Of a DNA stretch of 64,000 nt, positions 47,866 to 61,182 are shown one piece after another. How positions within the stretch are numbered: position 1 is the stretch's first letter; each line of letters opens with the position of its first letter. The stretch spans positions 2,394,948-2,458,947 of the forward strand of contig MU057651.1 in NCBI GenBank assembly GCA_013265495.1, read 5' to 3'. Made by a program: the position numbers and the translations under genes. The stretch comes from Vicugna vicugna. Lineage: Eukaryota. A model generated the notes under the pieces. The model worked only from the letters and a program-made list of their open reading frames with translations, was not told where the DNA came from and searched no databases.

Positions 47866-47985
47866 GGGACGCTGTCACCCCATATGGGCCAAATGGCTCA
47901 CCCTTAAGAAAACAGAACCGAACGAAACGGGAAGGGACTGATACGCTGAAATCCACTCCTCAGACGTTTCCACTGAGAAGTCATG
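47866..47985 (+). repeat. 120-bp direct repeat, copy A (upstream of exon 4)
   Basis: 108/120 identical to 49325-49444 by manual alignment, with no gaps. Confidence 0.95.
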
Positions 47986-48387
47986 ATCAGTCCTCACCTG
48001 TTGATGGGAGTGGTGCTTTTGGCTCACAGAACTTGGCCTCAGGCCACTCCGGAGGTGCTACAAGGTTGTCCCTGTGCACCCGGTGACCTGAACGTGTTCA
48101 GAGGTCCCCCAACTTGAAAGCGAGACTTGATAAAACGGCGTTTTGTGCATTTTCACACTCTGCCATTCAGCCCTTTGGAAAGGACAGGCGAGTGGTCCCG
48201 AACCCATGACATCTCCCGGTGGGTCGCTACGCCCGGAGCTCGGGGCCACGGTCGCACAGGTTGCACGGTCACCCCTGCTGTACGTTTAGAAGCCCTCTGC
48301 TTCCACTGGGTCGTTCTTTTTGCTGTTGTGCTGTTTTGCCTTGTTCCTGCGATGACACTGAGCGGCACCCTGTGTTGTCTCTTTCAG

Positions 48388-48648
48388 CCGGTAATGTTAA
48401 AGTAGAGACTCAGAGTGATGAAGAGAATGGGCGTGCCTGTGAAATGAATGGTGAAGAGTGTGCAGAGGATTTACGAATGCTTGATGCCTCGGGAGAGAAA
48501 ATGAATGGCTCCCACAGTGCCCAAGGCCACAAAGCTTTGTCAGGAGCCGGAGGCATTCGACTTCCGAACGGCAAACTAAAGTGTGATGTCTGTGGGATAA
48601 TTTGCATCGGCCCCAATGTTCTCATGGTCCACAAGAGAAGCCACACGG
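48388..48648 (+). CDS. IKZF1: IKZF1 exon 4 (VKVE SUMO site K58; zinc finger 1 [21 protein letters not shown])
   Basis: ctttcag| acceptor and G|gtaagg donor, 261 nt. Overlaps ORF 48219-48737, which contains the Ikaros F1 sequence. Confidence 0.98.
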
Positions 48649-49324
48649 GTAAGGCCTGGCGTAGACCCTCCGTTGGCGGCCTGGAGAGGTCCGTGGGGTG
48701 TAGCAGAGGAAATGCCCTTTTCAGCAAAGTGTTCTGATCCTGTTGCCAACTGACTGGCAGCATAGCAGTGGCTCCCAGTCAGAGCGAGGCGTAGCTTTCT
48801 TATCCTACATGAGCAATCCGAACCTGAAATCCACCCTCCCTGGCACCATACCCAAAAAGACACCTGGGTTGTTGATTTCTTGGGTCTTTTTCTTTTTTTC
48901 TTTTTTCTTTTTCTTTTTTTTTTTTTTGTTTCTGTTTTCCGTTATTTTAATATGATCTCCATCCCATAAAATTGTACTGCGAACTGGACGGTGGTCGAGT
49001 TTTTTAAATTTGATGAGGCTTTCTGGCAGCCAGTTCTGTTTAATGTTTCGCTCCTGGCTCTGTTTGGGGAGCTGGGAGTCACCAATCTGGCAGGCCAGGG
49101 AGGCGGCCTGGGGGCCAAGACTGGCTACTTCAGCCCACTTTTCCCTTCTGTGTCCACGTGCTGCTTTGAGGTGACAAAAACAAATACTTACTTCAATTTG
49201 ATCAGAACAAAAAAAAAATCAATTCAATCCTACAAAGTTAAAGCCATAAAACAGAACAGGAAAGGTAACAGCCTCACGCGAGCTCTGTCGAGGGCCGTGA
49301 GGTTAAACCCGCTGGACAGCGGCA

Positions 49325-49444
49325 GGGACGCTGTCACCCCACATGTGCCAAATGGCTCACCCTTAAGAAAACAAAACCAGATGAAACGGGAGGAGACTGA
49401 CACGCTGAAATCTACTCCTCAGACTTTTCCACTGAGCAGTCATG
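49325..49444 (+). repeat. 120-bp direct repeat, copy B (downstream of exon 4)
   Basis: 108/120 identical to 47866-47985. Confidence 0.95.
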
Positions 49445-52400
49445 GGTCAAACATGCATTTTGGGGAGGGATGCAAATGAACACGGCTTGAGTTTTAGAAG
49501 CACGAGTTGAATGAAGGAATGGCCACAAAATTCAGTCTTTCAGGAAGTGCTCAGTTTCTCCGACGGCTTATCCTGCAGCGGGCGAGACTTCCAACGAGAC
49601 TGCTTGCTTGCCATCGCTTTTCACCTCAGATTGGTAAAGAACTTAACACCCAAAGCCCCCATCTAGTAGATGATGTGATGGAGGTTTTGCACGTATCAGA
49701 GAATACAGTATTCTGTGTCCAAAAACAAACAAGGGAGAGAGCCTCGTGTCTGATGGCTGCGCCCAGGCTCCTGAGAGGTTCTCACATTGGGGGCTGGATA
49801 TAGCCAGGGTCTTGGTTCTGTCCCCTCCTCGTCCCCCAGTGTGCAGTCCTGGTGGCTGGCCTGTCACGTTCTTTTCCACCGGGACTGTCAGGTCATCCCT
49901 GATGGCACTGGAGAGTCTTCAAAATACAGTATCAACAGGTCACCTTCTCGCCTCTTACCTTTAACTGCCTGCACGAGGTGTCTTTTGAGTTGAACAGAAA
50001 CGTTGCCCTTCTGCCCTAAAACTTTTAAAGGGGGCAAAACACAATCAATTCGCCAAGTCCAGTGGTCACTGAGAGCTTGGACATAAAACACGCCCTGATA
50101 CATTGCTGCCTACGGGATGGCATTGCAGGTCAGCACAAAGCCGGTGTCTACCACTGTTCTCCACAAGAGAAGGGCAAAAAAAAAAAAACAGATTAAAAAG
50201 CAGACTTTAGAGGCAAAACAAACTTTAAAAGATGTCCCAGGGACGTGAGGAGGAAGACTTGAAAATCACAGCTTCGTACAAGTCTTATGTGGGGATAGAC
50301 AGGTTTCTGATTATCAGGAAATGAAGCAGGAATTCAGAAAATCCATTGAGCCCAAATACCGATTTGTCCAGAAATGCAGATCATTTTTTAATTTGAATCA
50401 GGAGGTTCCCCCAGACGACGGCCTGCTGGCTGTCGTGCAGCTGGAAAACCTGTAAAATACATTTATTTTCAAAAAACATTCATTTTCAATAAAAATTTAA
50501 GTTCTACAGCCAAGCAAGCCTGACTTTCCCTAACGTGCCCCTTCACCCTCCAATTACCCGGTGAAGTAGCCCTGTCACGTCCAGCCCCACGTGACGCTCC
50601 CACGAGCATGGTCAGTCTCCCCCCACCCACCCCGTTTTGTAATGAGGTGGAAATTAGGGTGAAGGTGGGTTTCCCGGTGATGGACACTTAACAGAATACA
50701 CCGGGAGCCACGCTAATACACTCCTGACGGAGGAATAGCCTTCACAAATGAATTACTTTCCTGCTAATTCATGTAAAGCCTGGCTGTACAGTGAAAATTC
50801 TCTTAAATAAATATTTGATCAATGAATGAAATCCTGGCATACGAAATGGCCAGAATATAATGACTGCCTGCCTGGATTAAACAAAAAAAAAAAAAAAGAA
50901 GAAGAATTGCATTTAATGAATTAACCTGCCAAGTACGGATATGCAGAGAAGCATTCGCTGCTTGCCGCCTTCTCCTCCCCAGGTGGCAGCTAAGCGGCAA
51001 GGACAGGCCAGTAAATCCCAGAAACACGGACATACACAACAGGTTTATGGTTCTTGCCTTGATTTCTGGGTTAAAAAAAAAAACTGAAACAGAGAACCTC
51101 TAAATTCTCTTCCCAGTGTTTTTCCCCTCATGTAATTACGGAGTCAGAGTGTAGAAATATCTTGGCCAAACTTGGTTTGAATAAACAGACGTGCTAGAAA
51201 GCTTTCCGTTTTCCTGGCATCTGAGTGGAAGACACGAGAAGCGCATGCTTTGCTCCTCAGCGACTCCGCCCTGGCCCCTCTAGGCCTAAAAGCACCCCCA
51301 GAGCAGCGCTTCTCAAAGCTTCAAGTCTTCAAGAAACGCAGACTCTGATGCAACCCCAGAGGATGCCGGGGTGCACAGGCTCAGAGCATCCGTGGGCGGC
51401 GGGGCACGCGCTTGGGTAACGGACCGTGCACAGCGTGACTTCAGGGGGCTCTTCGTCTGGGAGCTTAGGGGCCACCTTACTTCCCCCCCGAAGCCGGGAC
51501 CTGCACCTGCCGGTCCCCGGGTGTCCTTCCCGGATGCCGGGGCGGTGTCCCATGTCGCCAGCTCCGTGAGGGTCCGTTGGTGCCACCATTTCACTTCCCC
51601 AGGCTGGCGGCTCAGTTTCAATTTTTTTGAAACCCAAGCATAATCGTAACTCCTGCCCCCCAGCCTCTTGGGGTTAGTGGGAGAACCAGAGGCCAGAGAC
51701 GTAGGAAGCAGCTTGCAGGGCAGGGGAATCCCTGCCAGGCGGAGATCCAAACTTAATTTCCTAAATGATCTGAGTTTTAACAATAAACGCCAAGGAAAGT
51801 GTCCGGATTATGGTTAGTCTGGGCTGCCCGGAGCCCCCTCGGTCCCCATCTATAAGGCGACAGGGCGCAGTCACCATGATTTATAAACACAGCATCGGAC
51901 TGGAATGCTGCTCCGAGGCGTGGCTGCGTTAGACCCAAGCGAATTCTTGCAGTTCCGTGTACTTTGTTCAATTCACCTTCTTCTCGTACACGCCCAGAAG
52001 TCCCATGATGACTGTCTTTTTTGACCCCGTGAAGTTATTTGCAGGAGCTGAACCATCCTTACAGAGAGTCCCCGCCACTTGGCAGCTCTGTGTAGGGTCC
52101 CTAGGGTGAAAAACTGAATTTTGAATTCATGCCATGGAAGTCCTCATCCCACGTAAATAAAACGGAATACAGCCTTGGAGAAACTGGATGTAACTTGGCT
52201 GCCGTGAGCAAGCTGGCCACCTGCAGGAGGGAGGCGGCTGGCCAACGAGAGCACGACAGACAGACGGGGCCGCGTTCTGCCCTCAGGCTCCAGGGCCCGG
52301 CTCCCTTTTCCTGCTCGCACCTGCAAAGGGAAACCCCCTCGGGGGTTTGTCACTTCGGGGAAGGCTCCCTTCAGGGGTCCCCGAGCCTCGTGTAGGGATT

Positions 52401-53881
52401 CAGGCCAGCACAGGCAATCAGAAACAGATTTCCAGGAAAGCTTGCCAGGCAAGGCACCAGTTACAGACTGACTCAAATCAGAAGACAGATTTCACTCTCG
52501 AAGAGACGGTCCCCTCTGTCTGTCCTTCCCGCCCTGATTTGCAGAAGGGGCACCCGGCTGTCACGCCCTGTCCTTGCTGTCCCCGCTGACTCTCTGTCCT
52601 GCACAGACCCCCGGCTGCACTGCAGGTTGTCCCTGCAGCCATTAAGCCAGGCGCCCAGCACGGAGGGAGCCCTCGACGGTGCGTGCGGGTCACGCCACGC
52701 CACGCTGGCCACCAGGAGTGTCCCCCATGCTCAGCATCAGCATTTTCATGGCATGGGGTCTCCCAACGTCCCAGGCCTCCCCTCCCAGAGTGAGTGGTTG
52801 GAGGATCCATCAATTTTCCCGTGACTCAGCTCCCCAGCCCGCTTGAAAGTTAAAATGAGGCTAAGCATGAAATTCAGGCACCAAAACAGACTGTTAAAAT
52901 TTAACCTGGCACCTGTTTTAATAGTACCAGTATCCGTCTGCTTAAATTGCTTTGGATGGGTTCTGTCTTGTTCCCCAAAATCATATACATTAATTGGGGA
53001 AATGGCTAAATATACATTTTAACACATCCTTTTTTTTTACCCCCCCCCCCGAAGGAGAAACTGTCCTAGGGAAATGCCTTTTCATGGAATCTCAACACCA
53101 GACAGTGTGGTCCTTCAGACAGCTCTTCTTCTAAAAAGAAAAAAAAAAATACATTTGGTTTTGAAAGAGCTTAGGTGTTGACTGACTGAGGACCAACGTA
53201 CCCCCGTCTTCAGTGAGAGTTAACAGAAACACTCACCGACGTAGATTCCAAGAGCTGACTCCTTTGCAGCATCCTTTCCTGTTGGCAGACACACATTTAC
53301 CACTTGGTCACCGTGCAGGGTTTGGGGACCCGAGATTCCAGTGGTTTGGGTCTTTTTGCTTTTTGGGGCCTTTTATATTTTTTATTTATTTTTTATTTTT
53401 TATTTTTTTGGTCCCCACTCCAGCGGCGTCACCCCTGCGAGGACTCTGAACCAGTAATTCGCATCTCTTAGAAATGCATTCTGAAAATGCAACTGTCCTC
53501 AGTGGCTATAGGGGGACCCATGAGACCTTAAAGGTCTGGGGGGACCCCGAATGAAGCAAAAAGCCAGGCATGTCCATGCAGCTGGGGTTTAAACGCACCT
53601 TCGTGGGGAGGTGAGGGACATTTCTTTGGACGATGCAGAGCCTCCCGGCCCCTCAGCTTCTCGTTTCATTCGCTCTCTCTCCCTCTGTGTCTCTTTCCTG
53701 TTCGCCCGCGTAGGGACAGACAGGTAATGGAGGAGAAATTGAAAGGGAAAAAACAGGGAAAATGTAAATGAATTGAACTTATTATAACTGCTATAATGAA
53801 GTGGCTTTCATTTAAATATAAGAATGTAACGCTGAAATGAACTTCTGATCCTGAAATGCATTTTTAATGAGTTCCCTTTTT

Positions 53882-54023
53882 NNNNNNNNNNNNNNNNNNN
53901 NNNNNNNNNNNNNNNNNNNNNNNNNNNNNNNNNNNNNNNNNNNNNNNNNNNNNNNNNNNNNNNNNNNNNNNNNNNNNNNNNNNNNNNNNNNNNNNNNNNN
54001 NNNNNNNNNNNNNNNNNNNNNNN
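53882..54023. other. Assembly gap (142 N) in intron 4
   Basis: Run of N. Confidence 0.99.
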
Positions 54024-54057
54024 AAACGTAGCAGTCACTTTATTTAAATGAGTTTGA

Positions 54058-54624
<567 letters not shown>

Positions 54625-57014
54625 TGAGTCTCACCTCAGAGAAGAGGCCTCGTCCTTGTCAGGTGAGTGGATTTCCCTTGCAAAGGCTTTTTTCCCGGCT
54701 CCGCTTTTGCGGCCCAGGCCCCCACGGTTCCCAAACACAGCCCTGGACGTCCAGCATCAAGCCACCCGCAGTGCTTTCACACGGAGTCATCACCGGGGTC
54801 ATTTTCGCCGCAGAGGTGACGGAGACGAGGGCTGGGGGCCGCCTGGTACCTGAGGGCCCGCCCCACCTGGGCCTGAGTCTCATTGTCACACCGGAGGCCG
54901 GGGGGACTTCAGCAGGAGAGGCCAGCGGCGGGGGCTGTTACCAGATTTTAGGAAACGCATCTGGAAAAATCAGAGCCTCAGTGAGGTCACAGGAAGGCCC
55001 CACAATTTTCAAAGCACCCCAGCCTGTGAGCACAAAGCCACCGCTGAGCAGATGCGATCATGTCACCTCCCCTCACCCACACACACACACACGCACACAC
55101 ACACCCCAGGGATATCTGACGTCACCGCCTTCGGGCAGCCCTGGGGGCAGGGGGTGGCGGGTCCTTGGGGAAGGTTTGTCCCCCAAACATGATGAGAGTC
55201 ATCAGTGCTGGGGTTTGGGGGCCCCTCCCCGGGCTCCACTTCCTTGTCACGTTGACCGAGCTCCCCATGGAGCTTTCGGGCACCACGACGCGCACACGCG
55301 TCAGAGGGGACAGCGGGAGCACGGGGAGGGGACAGCCGGTCTTGGGCGGGAGGCATCCGGGGAGACGTCCGCTAGAAAGAGGGGCCTGAGTCCGTGCCCA
55401 CAGGTGAGTTTCTAAAGCTGGCTTTTGGGAAAGTTCCAGACGGACGTGGAATTCTGTGAGTGAGCCTGGAGGTGACGGTGCAACATGGCAGTGACACGTC
55501 AGTGCTAGACAGTGTGTGGCAGGCAGTTAATGAGCATCATGAAAACGAGATGTTCCTCCCGCGCGTGGCGCCTGCAGGGGGTCATCGGGGGCTTTGCGGC
55601 CCCCCCAAAGGGGGACAATTTGCAAATGTGCACGTGTGGGCAGGGAGGAGCATGCCTGCTGTCCTGCCAGAGGTGAGGGGGTGCAGAGAGCTAAGTGACA
55701 GACAGGTTCAGAGAGGCCACAGATGTGACAGTCACGTGGTCTGTGTGTGGAGCCTAGCGGGCGATCCTGGGACTAGACTGTCACACGGACCACTCACACG
55801 GAGTCACATCCACACCTTCGCAGGGGACGGTAACTCCACACTGGAGCTGGCAGGAAGCACGCCCCCCCCACCTTTGGGAGAAAATCCGATGACATCTGGG
55901 TTTACCCCGCTTTGCAACAGGAATCTCTCCTGAGTATCAGTCCTCCCCCCTTAACGCGATGCCTCCCCCTTCGCTGTCCTGCCATGACACTGGAAGCATC
56001 TAAGGCAGTGCTGTGGGCCATCCTGGCTCCCTCACGTCATCCGGGCAGGCCGGCCCCGGGTGTGGCCAGTGTCTGGAGCCGTCACACGAAGCAGCGGTCG
56101 GCCTCGGACAGTTTACTTCTATCATGCATCCACGGATGAGCTGATAACTGTGGCTCCAGGGCTGCTGGCGAGCCTGCCGTCTGAGTGGACCACTGGCACA
56201 CTACACGATGCTTCCTCTAGAACGAAGTGGGGACTCCAGCCTTTGTCTGCAGAGCCAGACGGGGTCGTATTCTGTTCCGTGGTGCACTGGCCGCACCCCT
56301 GTTCCGCTACAAACCACAACCAGCCGGGCCGCTTTTCCCCCAGCGACCGGTGGTGGCCTGAGATCCCCACGCCCGTAACAAGAGGGGCCTGGGTGGCCTG
56401 GGAGGGTGGAGTTGCAAGCTTAGCTAAAGACTTTCTTTCCTGCAGAAGAGTGGATATACTTTGGTTACTGCAGTTCAGTTGCTTCCAGTGAACGTCTTAC
56501 GTTCCAGAGTTGAAATCAATCACATAATCAGGAAAAAAAAAATGTGCCTTTAGACACCAGGCCACGTGTACAGGAATTTGCTAAAGTTACAGCCTTTCTA
56601 GGAAAGGACGTTGAGTGGGTTAGTTAACAGTCAGTTAGTGTCCAAAGGCCGCACTCAAAAAATTGTACAATTTTAGGCAACATTGTTTATTTCAATGTTG
56701 TTTCTCTGACATTTGGGATGAAGTGCTTTCTCCAGATAAAGAAAAATCCGTTTTTCCTTCTCTTAAATGTTCCAGATTTGGGGTTTTGTCTTAGTCGGCT
56801 TAAACCGGAGCTTCTGTCCACCTAAGGAAGCTATTTAACCAAACAAGCTTTGGCTAATCTGTTTTACCAAACGTTCCCCATTTGGGGGGCATTGATTTTT
56901 ACATAACGCTCTCAAACATGTGACATCTAACAATAGGAGAAGGAAGTAAAAGATGCTGGTTTTGGATGGAAATGTGTGTCTTATAAGAAACGGAAGGTGC
57001 TTTAAAACCCTGTC

Positions 57015-57234
57015 CTGGCACCGCTCAGTACCGTGGCCACTACCAGATGTGGTGTTTAATTTTACATTTTAATCAATTAAAACGAACGGGAATGTAAACT
57101 TCAGTTCTCAGGGACACCAGCCGTCCTTGGAAGGCACGGCAGCCACGGCTGGCTGGCGGCCACATCTTGGCGTCTTGGATGGTGCCGGGAGAGGACACGG
57201 CCATCCACAGGGTACGTTCTGTTGGACAGCGCTG
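57015..57234. mobile_element. MER3-like hAT-Charlie relic
   Basis: gtaccgtggccactaccagatgtgg...aacttcagttctcag...cagccacggctggctggcggccac...gttctgttggacagcgctg terminal sequence. Confidence 0.72.
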
Positions 57235-57848
57235 ATCCAGAAGCCACGCCATCCTGAAGTTCTTTGGGGAGCAAAAAAAAAAAAAAAACAGAGTGTTTCC
57301 AAGATAGGAAAAGAAAAACACATTTTGGAAGCCAAATGCTCATGTCCTTAAAGTGTGTTTGTCCACCGAGGGTTTCTTGGAGAAAGACCTGAACGCCTTG
57401 GAGTTGAAGTCACCTTGGGTGCCTTAGATCCGGCACCAGTGTCACGCCAGACCTGGCCCAGGATGGGAGTCCGACTCTGGGGGGGACCCATGCATCCGGC
57501 CGAGGCGGGGGCGGTCCTGGCGTCTCTGCCCTGTTGCCCAGCACCCCGGGGACAAACCCCGCGTTTGCTTCCCCCACGTACAGAGCGACCGAGTCGGACA
57601 GTGGGCACAGTAAGATGACACAAGGATCACGGCAGTTCCTGGTACAATCGGGGGCCCCCTGGGTACTGACATTTTTAAATTCAGTAATTCTGACCGAGTC
57701 CTTCATGCTTTGAGCAATCAAGAGCAGAGTTAGTTCTGTTATGCTGCACTTTGCGGACTTTTTAGTGGTCACTGTATGGCGTGCCTTGCCCGTGACCCGT
57801 GACGCCGACCCTTAACGGGGCTCCTAAACGCACTTGTGTCTCCCGCAG

Positions 57849-57974
57849 TCGGCAAGCCGCACAAGTGTGGATACTGTGGCCGAAGCTACAAGCAGCGGAG
57901 CTCTTTGGAGGAGCATAAAGAGCGTTGCCACAACTACCTGCAGAGCATGGGCCTCCCGGGCACGCTGTACCCAG
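57849..57974 (+). CDS. IKZF1: IKZF1 exon 6 (zinc finger 4; [41 protein letters not shown])
   Basis: ccgcag| acceptor and CAG|gtaagc donor, 126 nt. Matches Ikaros F4. Confidence 0.98.
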
Positions 57975-58189
57975 GTAAGCGGGCGGCGGGGACGGGGACG
58001 CCCCCCGCACGCCGCCGGGGGCAGGGCCACCTGCCGTCCCCGCGGGGGTCGGGGGAAGCTTGGGCCGCTGGGCGCACACTGCGCCTTCCAGCCTTCCAAG
58101 CCCTCATCCCCCACAAAGGGCGCCTGGCCCGAAACCCCCGCGCTCTGGAAATCTGGGGAAGCCTCTTGAAAGCTTGGGAATTTTTTTTT

Positions 58190-58322
58190 TCTGATTTTTT
58201 TTAATGTTATTTATTTCTTTTTGGTGGCGGGGGAGGTAATCAGGTTTATTCATTTGTTTATTTTAATGGCGGTGCTGGGGGATGGAACCCAGGACCTCGT
58301 GCACTGAGCTAGACCCTCCCTC
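58190..58322 (-). mobile_element. Vic-1-like SINE with an internal deletion of about 20 nt
   Basis: ggtgctgggggatggaacccaggacctcgtgcactgagctagaccctccc lacks the central tgctaagcacgcgctctac segment seen in other copies. Confidence 0.85.
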
Positions 58323-60687
58323 CTTGGTTTTTATATTTTTTTAAACCTGGAGCAGCAATTGCTTCTTTGTGCTTTGTCCTCAAAATAAGGTCTGAAGTCT
58401 TGGTTTGAAGACTGTTTTTCTCATGAGGTGGGTCGCATGAGAGCTTTCGGGCTGTCTTTTCACGCGTTGGTACGGAACGTGGGGTGCCCGTGTTGGGGGA
58501 CCCTGAGCATCTGCAGGGTTGTGGCTGTCGCAGGGGGCAGGTTGCCTTGGCCCCCTGGGCACGAATGCTTCTCTGTGCGACGCATCACCAGATGACACTT
58601 GGTTCTCATCTTAGACGATGTGAAGTGAAAGATGTCGAGACAGAGAGTTGAAGGAGGCTGGATTTACTCAGAAAGGTGGCAGGTGTCCTCAGAGACACCT
58701 TCCTAACTTCCTAAGACATAAGAACCTTCTGAGCAGGTCAGGGGAAGCTAACCTCTTTCAAGACACGACTCATTTAGCCCGACCCCTGGAAAAGCCATCC
58801 TTGGACCGAGGGGTGGACGTTCAGTCAACAGCGGAGAATTTATCTCGTCTTATTCCAACGTTCTGACTTGAAAAAAAAAAAAAGACTCAGAAAGGAAAAT
58901 CCAGCAGGCAGCTCTTGGAGGATTCTTTTTAAATTTCAAATTTTATTTCATTTTGCTCTTCGGTAAAATACACATAACATGAACTTACTATCCTCACCGT
59001 TTTTAAAGTCTACTTCAATGCTCTGAAGTACATTCGGGACCGCTCGGGTTACCAACAGCAGACAGGAGCGGACGGAGAGAGTGGTCAGAATTAGAACGAG
59101 TTGTAAAAATCGAAGTCCTGGCCTCGAGGGAACTGTGATCATGGCGCTGTCCCCCCCTGCTGATCTGCCTGAGACCTGGGGCTAACAGGTTTCTCTGGGC
59201 CTTGATCTTCTTACCTGTAAAATGGGCAGATTCCGTTACGTTACCATTTAGCTTCCTTCAGAGTCCCAGGTCTATTTCTGGAATGGAAAGCTGCTGAAGG
59301 TTTAGCTGAAGAGGAAACGCTAGACGTTAAAATCATCAGCATCGCTGGAATAATGTGTGGCCAGATCCTAGGGCTGGAGGCTGAGGGATGAGGGACTAAT
59401 TACGTTCCTTTCAAATAAAATGTGAACAATCAGATATTGTCTTTGTAAAAAATAAGTTAATGGGTCTTGCGAGTAAACGTTTAAATAAGCCATTTATGTC
59501 CTCAACAGAAATTCGCTGAGGACTTATTACCGAAAATACCAAGTCCTAGCGAATACAATAATCTGAATTTCCCCCTTAAACTGTACACGTGGACTTGAGG
59601 AGACAAAGTGGCCCCGAGGCCCAGAGGGGGTTGGCCTTCTCCATCGTTCTCGTTGCCAAGGTGACAAGCCGTGACATCACAGCAGGTTGGAGAGGTTCCC
59701 CCAGAGGACAAGCAGAGTTGGTTTCACCAAGACCCAGATTTGAGGCCCGTCTCGGAATCTGCTTCGACCACCGTGACCCAGGGCTCATCCCTTAGGAGGA
59801 TGACAGTTCCCGCCTGGGCCAGCCCCACGGAAAGGCTGTGAGAGGGGCGTGGGGGCAGAGGCTCGCACCATGCACCTGGCTGAACATTCACGCTGAGGCT
59901 GCCGGATGGACCCCGAAACTGGGTTCTCCCCCCTGAGCTGCCCTGTCAGGAGTGTACACATTAGATGTCACCCTCCCGCTGGGATCCATTTAACCCTAAA
60001 CCATGCAGTCATTCTCTCTTGGTGACCCGACAATTGGAATTCACACAAGGGAGCTGCATCCTAGACTCAGACCACGAGCAGGCTCCCCGCGCGCAGGTAC
60101 TGCTGGGTGAGACTCTCTCCGGCAAGCACTTTGGTGCAAGTCCTACCTGACCACTGGGGACTCGGGGCCCCAGTGGGTGGGGTCTTGCGGGGCCAGGGCA
60201 GGTTGACCCCTGCCCTCTGTGTGTTTCCCATCCCCCGGCCTCTCCATGACCCCCAAGACCAGCCCCCATGAACGCTCAGGTGGACGCTCCCAAGGGCTCT
60301 TCCCTCTCCAGTCCGCCTTCGGTTGAGGCCACTCTTTTGGTTTAAGTACAAACAGGGAGGAAAGATGTCACTTTTCTGAATACAATTTTTTGTAAAAGGC
60401 TCTGGGTGATCTGTTAGTATTTCCTAATGTCTTTACGGAAAATATAAGCTTCCTTTGAGCCTAAGGCGCCCGGCTTGTGTTGCCAGCCCTTAGAGGGAAA
60501 TTCATCAGAGGCTGGGGCAGCTATGGTCGGTGGGCTTTGGGCTCACTGTCCCTCACTGTGGTGGCTCTGAGGGTCTCAGCTCTCAGCAGGGCCTGTGCCC
60601 TGGCAGACAGGAAACCCAGCTGGAGGGGCTGTGGGCTCCCTGGGCAGGCCACCATGCCCCACTTTGCAGAGAAGGTAGACACATTAG

Positions 60688-61182
60688 AAGGCATATTAAC
60701 ATAAGTTTGTTTTCTATACCTGTGAGTCTGTTTCCATTTTGCAAATAAGCTCATGTGTATCATTCTTACAGATTCCACACATAAGTGATCTCATATGAAA
60801 TTTGTCCTTCTCTGTCTGACTTGGTATGACCATCTCCAGGTCCATCCATTGCTGCAAATGGCATTATTCTTTTTCATGGCTGCGTAGTATTCCATTGTAT
60901 ATACATACATACCACAACTTCTCTATTCAGTCATCTGGTTACCAAAGGGGAAAGGGGTGGGGGGAGGGGTAAATTGGGAGTTTGGAATTAGCAGATACAC
61001 ATTATTCTATATAAAATAAATAAACAACAAGGTCCTACTGTATAGCACAGAGGACTATATTTAATACCTTGTAATAACTTATAATGAAAAGGAATATATG
61101 TATAACTGAATCACTATGCTGTGCACCAGAAACTAACACAACACTATAAATCAACTACAGTTCAATTTAAAAAAAAAAAAGA
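60688..61182 (+). mobile_element. L1 insertion with 5' inversion (twin-priming structure)
   Basis: About 60690-60936 is antisense L1 3'-region sequence; 60937-61182 is the sense 3' end with poly(A). Degenerate TSD: agaaggcatattaa / agaacgtattaa. Confidence 0.8.

Noticed and set aside
48649-48737. Exon 4 reading frame continues 29 codons into intron 4 (possible truncated isoform)
   Set aside because: The read-through length is unremarkable and no nearby canonical poly(A) signal supports a terminal exon.
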